From positions 1 to 11,231 of the forward strand of contig NW_021826612.1 in the NCBI RefSeq assembly GCF_006345805.1: a DNA stretch of 11,231 nucleotides. Reading direction: 5' to 3'. The DNA comes from Octopus sinensis (taxonomy: Eukaryota). Of this stretch, positions 1 to 6,800 are shown in pieces (position 1 is the stretch's first letter; every line of letters starts with the position of its first letter). Under the pieces are notes generated by a model. It was not told the DNA's origin and ran no database searches. It saw nothing but the letters and a program-made list of their open reading frames with translations. A program made the translations under genes and the position numbers.

Positions 1-78
1 GTACTGGGGTCGATCTAATTGACTGACCACCCCCTCCCCCAAAGTTTCAGGCTTTGTGCCTAGAGTAGAAAAGATTAT
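1..78 (+). mobile_element. 3' end of a SINE, truncated by the window start
   Basis: GTACTGGGGTCGATCTAATTGACT (1-24) resembles GCACTGAGGTCGATGTCATTGACT read on the minus strand of the SINE at 3567-3776. It is followed by a C-rich stretch and an AAAAGATTATT tail. Confidence 0.6.
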
Positions 79-136
79 TTTGAATTGTTCATGTATTATC
101 CTATAGCTTTCAAACTTCAATGCACAGATATACGTA

Positions 137-641
137 TGTGTGTGTGTGAATGTGTGTGTACATATACATACATATCTATGTAGCTATCTATCTATCTGTC
201 TGTCTATCTATATGTGTGTGTATGTATGAGAGAGAGAGAGAGAGAGAAGACAGAGAGAGGTCTAGACACACACCACACACACACACACATGCATGTCCAT
301 CTGTGTGTCTACACACGCATATCTGAGTTTACCCATATGTATATTCATATATGAATATACAGATACACACACCTACACACAAACACATACATATTCAAAC
401 CACACACCACACACACACAGGCACACAAATACATACACACACATGCATATATATACACACACATGCATATATATACATATACATACATATATATACATAT
501 ATATATATATGCATACATATACATATATAAATATATATATATATAACATATACATATACATATATAATATATATATTATATATAATAGACATACATCATA
601 TATATACATATATATATATATACATACCCAATTATATATAC

Positions 642-674
<33 letters not shown>
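137..674. repeat. Compound microsatellite / low-complexity tract: (GT)n, (TATC)n, (GA)n, (CA)n, (TA)n
   Basis: Directly visible: (GT)n ~137-158, (GA)n 228-247, (CA)n ~267-289, and degenerate (TA)/(CA) from ~430 to 674. Confidence 0.95.
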
Positions 675-800
675 AAGAGCGTAGGCTCAAACGTTAAAGA
701 CTTGTTTTATTTATATTTCCTGAGCGCCATACTAATACAATTGTTCGTTTGTTTTCCACCTGCCTTCGTCTTTTGTTTATTTTCATAAAGCTTCCCGTTT
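675..800 (+). mobile_element. Probable Penelope-like terminal-repeat remnant with a broken hammerhead (stem II plus stem III only)
   Basis: Hairpin GAGC-GTAG-GCTC (677-688) is followed immediately by AAACGTT (689-695), i.e. GAAAC lacking its G with a palindromic AACGTT. A T-rich tail follows, and the module is bounded by (TA)n on both sides. CTGANGA is absent. Confidence 0.45.
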
Positions 801-831
801 ATATATATATATAATATATATATATACTTTA

Positions 832-970
832 TTTTAAGCAGCAGAAAATTCAACAAAATCTGTTACTCTGAGTTTCTCGTTGCCGTTCATCAGACAGTTT
901 TTTGCTAGCTGATGAACGGCAACGAGAAACTCAGAGTAACAGATTTTGTTGAATTTTCTGCTGCTTAAAA
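832..970. repeat. Perfect 62-bp inverted repeat with a 15-nt spacer
   Basis: 832-893 is the exact reverse complement of 909-970 (CTGATGAACGGCAACGAGAAACTCAGAGTAACAGATTTTGTTGAATTTTCTGCTGCTTAAAA). The spacer 894-908 is ACAGTTTTTTGCTAG. Confidence 0.98.
854..904 (-). ncRNA. Minimal type I hammerhead ribozyme motif (Penelope-like element type)
   Basis: The minus strand reads CAAAAAACUGU CUGAUGA ACG-GCAA-CGA GAAAC UCAGA GUA^ACAGAUUUUG. Core CUGAUGA is at 893-887 and GAAA at 876-873. Stem III is near-palindromic (ACUC-A-GAGU) with NUH triplet GUA at 866-864. Stem I is CUGU/ACAG, extended by A-U pairs after one mismatch. The base of stem II is an A.A mismatch, so activity is uncertain. Confidence 0.75.
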
Positions 971-1047
971 AAAGCATATTACTCTACCACTGGTATTTGA
1001 GTACTCTTTTTTCCACCTTGGTTTCACATTTATGTGTTACTCCGGTC
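909..1047 (+). mobile_element. 5'-truncated Penelope-like terminal repeat starting at the hammerhead core
   Basis: Begins exactly at CTGATGA (909-915), with GAAAC at 926-930 and GTA at 936-938. It lacks the 5' strand of stem I and continues ~77 bp past the inverted arm through a T-rich tail into (TA)n. The family assignment is inferred from the motif. Confidence 0.55.
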
Positions 1048-1148
1048 TATATATATATATATATATATATCTACATGTACATGTACATATATAAATATAT
1101 ATATCTATATACATATACACACACACATATATACACACATATATATGT
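1048..1148. repeat. (TA)n/(CA)n microsatellite
   Basis: Directly visible. Confidence 0.9.
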
Positions 1149-1458
1149 GTCTTTGAGAAGCCATTATCACTGAAACTCTGAAGTCGCAGACACTGTGTAC
1201 TTCTGTCTAATAAAATATTCATATTTCCTTTCTATGGTGACTGGCCTTTGTTTTTGTTGCCTTTGTTGTTGTTTTTGCTGTGTTTTTGTTTTTGTATTCG
1301 ATACGTGTGAGCTAATGGCATTTTAATCTCGACTGGGAAAAAAAGGAGAAAATAGAAAAAAATACAAACCCCGCTAGCACCCGGTTTGATAAGTGCTTTC
1401 ACATGAACCTATAGTCTCTTGAGTATCCCTGTGTTTTTTTCCAGCTAGTAACAAACGT

Positions 1459-1529
1459 GTGTGGGTGTATGTGGTTAGAAGATTGCTTCACAACCACATG
1501 GTTCTGGGTTCAGTCCCACCGCATGGCAC
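1459..1529 (+). mobile_element. Isolated tRNA-related SINE head, same family as 1530-2020
   Basis: 1494-1519 is the exact reverse complement of 1954-1979 (26 bp). It contains a B-box-like GGGTTCAGTCCC at 1506-1517 and ends abruptly at GGCAC. Confidence 0.8.
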
Positions 1530-2020
1530 TCTTTTACTCTTTTGCTCGTTTCAGTCATTTGACTGCGGCCATGCTGGAGCAGCGCCTTTTAGTCGAGCAA
1601 ATCGACCCCAGGACTTATTCTTTGTAAGCCCAGTACTTATTCTATCGGTATCTTTTGCCGAACTGCTAAGTGACGGGGACGTAAACACACCAGCATCGTT
1701 TGTCAAGCGATGTTGGGTAGACAAACGCAGACACACAAACACACGCACACATATATACATATATATATATATAAAGCGGACGTTAAACGATATATATATA
1801 TATATATTGAAAGAAGCCCGTCATATATATATATATATATAATATATATATATATATGACGGGCTTCTTTCAGTTTCCGTCTACCAAATCCACTCCGAAG
1901 GCTTTGGTCAGCCCAAGGCTATAGTAGAAGACACCTGTCCAAGGTGCCACGCAGTGGGACTGAACCCAGAACCATGTGGCTAGTAAGCAAGCTACTTACC
2001 ACACAGCCACTCCTGCACCT
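1530..2020 (-). mobile_element. Near full-length composite tRNA-derived SINE with an internal (TA)n tract
   Basis: The minus-strand head AGGTGCAGGAGTGGCTGTGTGGTAAG...GGGTTCAGTCCC has A/B-box-like motifs. The body runs to GAAAGAAGCCCGTC, then an internal microsatellite (~1750-1857), then a 3' part ending in an AAAAGAGTAAAAGAGT repeat tail. A second partial copy at 3467-3566 shows the same order of parts. Confidence 0.8.
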
Positions 2021-2042
2021 ATATATATATATATATTTTATT

Positions 2043-2352
2043 TTTTTATGCACCCTTTTCAAGCCTAGTCAGTCTCATGGGCCTGGTTTCCCAGTTTCTA
2101 TGGCGTATGTGTTTCCCCCAGCTGGACAGAACGCCAGTCCATCGCAGCGTTACTCAAGAACAAGGAAGAGAGTGTGAGAGAAAGTTGGGGGTGAAAGAGT
2201 ACAACAGGGGTCGCCACCACCCCCTGCTGGAGCCTCATGGAGCTTTTTAGGTTTTTTTGCTCAATAAACACACAATGCCCGGTCTGGGAATCGAAACCGC
2301 AATCCTCCGACCACGAGTCCGCTACCCTAACCACTGGACCATTGCACCTCCC
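2043..2352 (-). mobile_element. tRNA-derived SINE, second family, ~310 bp
   Basis: The minus strand begins GGAGGTGCAATGGTCCAGTGGTTAGG (A box 2341-2331) and has a B-box-like GGTTTCGATTCCC (2298-2286). It ends in an A-rich tail and is flanked by (TA)n on both sides. Confidence 0.8.
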
Positions 2353-2382
2353 TATATATATATAAATATATATATATAAATA

Positions 2383-2521
2383 TATGAAAGAATGGAGTTG
2401 AACGACGAATTAACAAAATTCCTTTATTTTCGACATATGTTTCTCTGATGTGAATTTGCTACCCAGGTATCGGTTAACCGAATTATCCATAACAAGATAA
2501 TTCATTCAACTACTCAAATAT
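2383..2521. repeat. Left arm of a long imperfect inverted repeat, partner at 3106-3231
   Basis: 2383-2402 vs 3212-3231 match 19/20, 2444-2476 vs 3154-3186 match 33/33, and 2479-2521 vs 3106-3148 match 41/43, all as reverse complements. Confidence 0.92.
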
Positions 2522-2550
2522 TTATATATAAAATATAGATATATAAATAC

Positions 2551-2600
<50 letters not shown>

Positions 2601-2661
2601 CACACATACATATATATATATATATACACACTACATATATATATATATATTACAACACATA

Positions 2662-2710
<49 letters not shown>
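2522..2710. repeat. (TA)n microsatellite with CA interruptions
   Basis: Directly visible. Confidence 0.95.
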
Positions 2711-2711
<1 letters not shown>

Positions 2712-3069
2712 CACATAAAGGAATAGTGATTTGCAATTGAGACAGGTAACTTGTAGGCACTCTGATATAATCTAGATCTGACTAACGACAATGAATGATG
2801 GGGAACAGATTTAGTTTAGATAAATAATCACACAGTAATTCACGCGATAGGTAAATACTGAGTTTGCTTCACTGGGTTCATACATCATGCAGGGTATACA
2901 ATGAAGACTTCACGAAGAAGAATGGGAAATTGTAGATCTTTGAAATATAATTATCAAAGCATTATTCTCCACTGGGAATTTGGTGCAAATTTCATGAGAA
3001 AAATACTGTAATAAACAAATTCTGAAGATGGATAAATCTCTCCAGTCTTTATATCTTGATTACATACAG

Positions 3070-3093
3070 GTGTGTGTGTGTGTGTGTGTGTGT
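3070..3093. repeat. (GT)n microsatellite
   Basis: Directly visible. Confidence 0.95.
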
Positions 3094-3105
3094 ATTTAAA
3101 TATAT

Positions 3106-3231
3106 ATATTTGAGTAGTTGAATGAATTATCTTATTAAGGATAATTCGAAAGATAACCGATACCTGGGTAGCAAATTCACATCAGAAAGAACACGGTTGA
3201 AGCTACGTAGCTTCAACTCCATTGTTTCATA
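3106..3231. repeat. Right arm of the long imperfect inverted repeat, partner at 2383-2521
   Basis: Three collinear reverse-complement blocks match the left arm. It also contains a perfect 22-bp palindrome at 3196-3217. Confidence 0.92.
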
Positions 3232-3234
3232 ACT

Positions 3235-3295
<61 letters not shown>

Positions 3296-3466
3296 GTATG
3301 TGTGTTTGTATTTACATTTATATATATGTGTGTGTGTGTGTATTACATTTATATATAAATGTATATAGTGTGTGTATTATATATATATATATATATATAA
3401 TATATATATATATATAAATGTATGTGTGTGTGTGTATTTATATATATATATATATGTGTGTGTTGT
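3235..3466. repeat. (TA)n/(TG)n compound microsatellite
   Basis: Directly visible, including a recurring TGTGTGTATT(T)A subunit. Confidence 0.9.
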
Positions 3467-3566
3467 TGTGGATTTGGTAGATGGAAACTGAAAGAAGCCC
3501 GTCGTATATTTATGCATTTATGTGTCTGTGTTTGTCCCCCCACCCAACATTGCTTGACAACCGATG
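3467..3566 (+). mobile_element. Internal fragment of the 1530-2020 SINE family
   Basis: GTGGATTTGGTAGATGGAAACTGAAAGAAGCCCGTC matches the reverse complement of 1858-1893 with 1 mismatch. TGTGTCTGTGTTTGTC...CAACATTGCTTGACAACCGATG matches the reverse complement of ~1694-1735. Confidence 0.85.
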
Positions 3567-3776
3567 GGCTAAATGTAGAGGGGACAAACACAGACAGACA
3601 AAGGGATTAAGTCAATGACATCGACCTCAGTGCGTAACTGGTACTTATTTAATCGACCCCGAAAGGATGAAACACAAAGTTAACCTCGGCAGAATTTGAA
3701 TTCAGAACATAACAGCAGACGAAATACCTCTAAGCATTTCGCCCGGCATGCTAATGTTTCTGCCAGCTCACCACCT
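3567..3776 (-). mobile_element. tRNA-derived SINE, third family, with a Meta/MESC-like central domain
   Basis: The minus strand reads AGGTGGTGAGCTGGCAGAA (A-box-like) ... GAATTCAAATTC (B-box-like) ... TTTCATCCTTTCGGGGTCGATTAAATAAGTACCAG. The last segment resembles, from memory, the conserved MetaSINE/MESC core. It is related to the fragment at 1-78. Confidence 0.75.
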
Positions 3777-3832
3777 TGTTACAGGTATGTTGAAACAGGT
3801 GATGCAGGAAAGTGCAGCATTGGCGACAAAAA

Positions 3833-6800
3833 ATCACCAGCACCACCTGTCTGGCACTTGTGCTGGTGGCACGTGAAAAACAACATTCAAGTGAGGTCAT
3901 TGCCAATGCCACTGGACTGGCTCATGTGCGGGTGGCACATAAGGACCACCATTTGAGTGTGGCCGTCACCAGCACCACCTGACTGGCACTTGTGCTGGTG
4001 GCACGTGAAAAACAAACATTCAAGTGAGGTCATTGCCAGTGCCACTGGACTGGCTCAGTGCGGGTGGCACATAAGAACCACCATTTGAGTGTGGCCGTCA
4101 CCAGCACCACTGACTGGCACTTGTGCTGTGGTGGCACGTGAAAAACAACATTCAAGTGAGGTCATTGCCAGTGCCACTGGACTGGCTCATGTGCGGTGTG
4201 GCACATAAGGACCACCATTTGAGTGTGGCCGTCACCAGCACCACTGACTGGCACTTGTGCTGGTGGCACGTGAAAAACAACATTCAAGTGAGGTCATTGC
4301 CAGTGCCACTGGACTGGCTCTGTGCGGGTGGCACATAAGAACCACCATTTGAGTGTGGCCGTCACCAGCACCACCTGACTGCACTTGTGCTGGTGGCACG
4401 TGAAAAACAACATTCGAGCGAGGTCATTGCCAGTGCCACTGGACTGGCTCATGTGCGGGTGGCACATAAGGACCACCATTTGAGTGTGGCCGTCACCAGC
4501 ACCACCTGACTGGCACTTGTGCTGGTGGCACGTGAAAAACAACATTCAAGTGAGGTCATTGCCAGTGCCACTGGACTGGCTCATGTGCGCGGGTGGCACA
4601 TAAGGACCACCATTTGAGTGTGGCCGTCACCAGCACCACCTGACTGGCACTTGTGCTGGTGGCACGTGAAAAACAACATTCAAGTGAGGTCATTGCCAGT
4701 GCCACTGGACTGGCTCATGTGCGGGTGGCACATAAGAACCACCATTTGAGTGTGGCCGTCACCAGCACCACCTGACTGGCACTTGTGCTGGTGGCACGTG
4801 AAAAACAACATTCAAGTGAGGTCATTGCCAGTGCCACTGGACTGGCTCATGTGCGGGTGGCACATGAGAACCACCATTTGAGTGTGGCCGTCACCAGCAC
4901 CACCTGACTGGCACTTGTGCTGGTGGCACGTGAAAAACACATTCAAGTGAGGTCATTGCCAGTGCCACTGGACTGGCTCATGTGCGGGTGGCACATAAGG
5001 ACCACCATTTGAGTGTGGCCATCACCAGCACCACCTGACTGGCACTTGTGCTGGTGGCACGTGAAAAACAACATTCAAGTGAGGTCATTGCCAGTGCCAC
5101 TGGACTGGCTCATGTGCGGGTGGCACATAAGAACCACCATTTGAGTGTGGCCGTCACCAGCACCACCTGACTGGCACTTGTGCTGGTGGCACGTGAAAAA
5201 CAACATTCAAGTGAGGTCATTGCCAGTGCCACTGGACTGGCTCATGTGCGGGTGGCACATAAGGACCACCATTTGAGTGTGGCCGTCACCAGCACCACCT
5301 GACTGGCACTTGTGCTGGTGGCACGTGAAAAACAACATTCAAGTGAGGTCATTGCCAGTGCCACTGGACTGGCTCATGTGCGGGTGGCACATAAGGACCA
5401 CCATTTGAGTGTGGCCGTCACCAGCACCACCTGACTGGCACTTGTGCTGGTGGCACGTGAAAAACAACATTCAAGTGAGGTCATTGCCAGTGCCACTGGA
5501 CTGGCTCATGTGCGGGTGGCACATAAGGACCACCATTTGAGTGTGGCCGTCACCAGCACACCTGACTGGCACTTGTGCTGGTGGCACGTGAAAAACAACA
5601 TTCAAGTGAGGTCATTGCCAGTGCCACTGGACTGGCTCATGTGCGGGTGGCACATAAGGACCACCATTTGAGTGTGGCCGTCACCAGCACACCTGACTGG
5701 CACTTGTGCTGGTGGCACGTGAAAAACAACATTCAAGTGAGGTCATTGCCAGTGCCACTGGACTGGCTCATGTGCGGGTGGCACATAAGAACCACCATTT
5801 GAGTGTGGCCGTCACCAGCACCACCTGACTGGCACTTGTGCTGGTGGCACGTGAAAAACAACATTCAAGTGAGGTCATTGCCAGTGCCACTGGACTGGCT
5901 CATGTGCGGGTGGCACATAAGGACCACCATTTGAGTGTGGCCGTCACCAGCACCACCTGACTGGCACTTGTGCTGGTGGCACGTGAAAAACAACATTCAA
6001 GTGAGGTCATTGCCAGTGCCACTGGACTGGCTCATGTGCGGGTGGCACATAAGGACCACCATTTGAGTGTGGCCATCACCAGCACCACCTGACTGGCACT
6101 TGTGCCGGTGGCACGTGAAAAACAACATTCAAGTGAGGTCATTGCCAGTGCCACTGGACTGGCTCATGTGCGGGTGGCACATAAGGACCACCATTTGAGT
6201 GTGGCGTCACCAGCACCACCTGACTGGCACTTGTGCTGGTGGCACGTGAAAAAACAACATTCAAGTGAGGTCATTGCCAGTGCCACTGGACTGGCTCCTA
6301 TGCGGGTGGCACATAAGGACCACCATTTGAGTGTGGCCATCACCAGCACCAACCTGACTGGCACTTGTGCCGGTGGCACGTGAAAAAAAACATTCAAGTG
6401 AGGTCATTGCCAGTGCCACTGGACTGGCTCATGTGCGGGTGGCACATAAGGACCACCATTTGAGTGTGGCCGTCACCAGCACCACCTGACTGGCACTTGT
6501 GCTGGTGGCACGTGAAAAACAACATTCAAGTGAGGTCATTGCCAGTGCCACTGGACTGGCTCATGTGCGGGTGGCACATAAGAACCACCATTTGAGTGTG
6601 GCCGTCACCAGCACCACCTGACTGGCCCTTGTGCTGGTGGCACGTGGAAAAACAACATTCAAGTGAGGTCATTGCCAATGCCACTGGACTGGCTCATGTG
6701 CGGGTGGCACATAAGAACCACCATTTGAGTGTGGCCGTCACCAGCACCACCTGACTGGCCCTTGTGCTGGTGGCACGTGAAAAACAACATTCAAGTGAGG

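Noticed and set aside
293-1222. ORFs rich in Y/I/H/T or Y/I/C/V (293-697, 373-690, 395-592, 946-1173, 1037-1222)
   Set aside because: They are translations of (TA)n/(CA)n microsatellites, which lack stop codons by composition.
2280-2352. tRNA gene
   Set aside because: A/B boxes are present but I see no convincing acceptor stem or cloverleaf, and it continues into a body and A-rich tail, so it is a SINE head.
2711-3068. Possible decayed coding remnant (EEWEIVD) and CTGAAGA at 3022 as a hammerhead core
   Set aside because: The frame is interrupted by stops with no recognisable domain, and no GAAA or stem III follows CTGAAGA. A tBLASTx or HMM search would be needed.
1459-3956. Short ORFs overlapping SINEs
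   Set aside because: They lie within recognisable non-coding repeats, cross element junctions and show no protein motifs.
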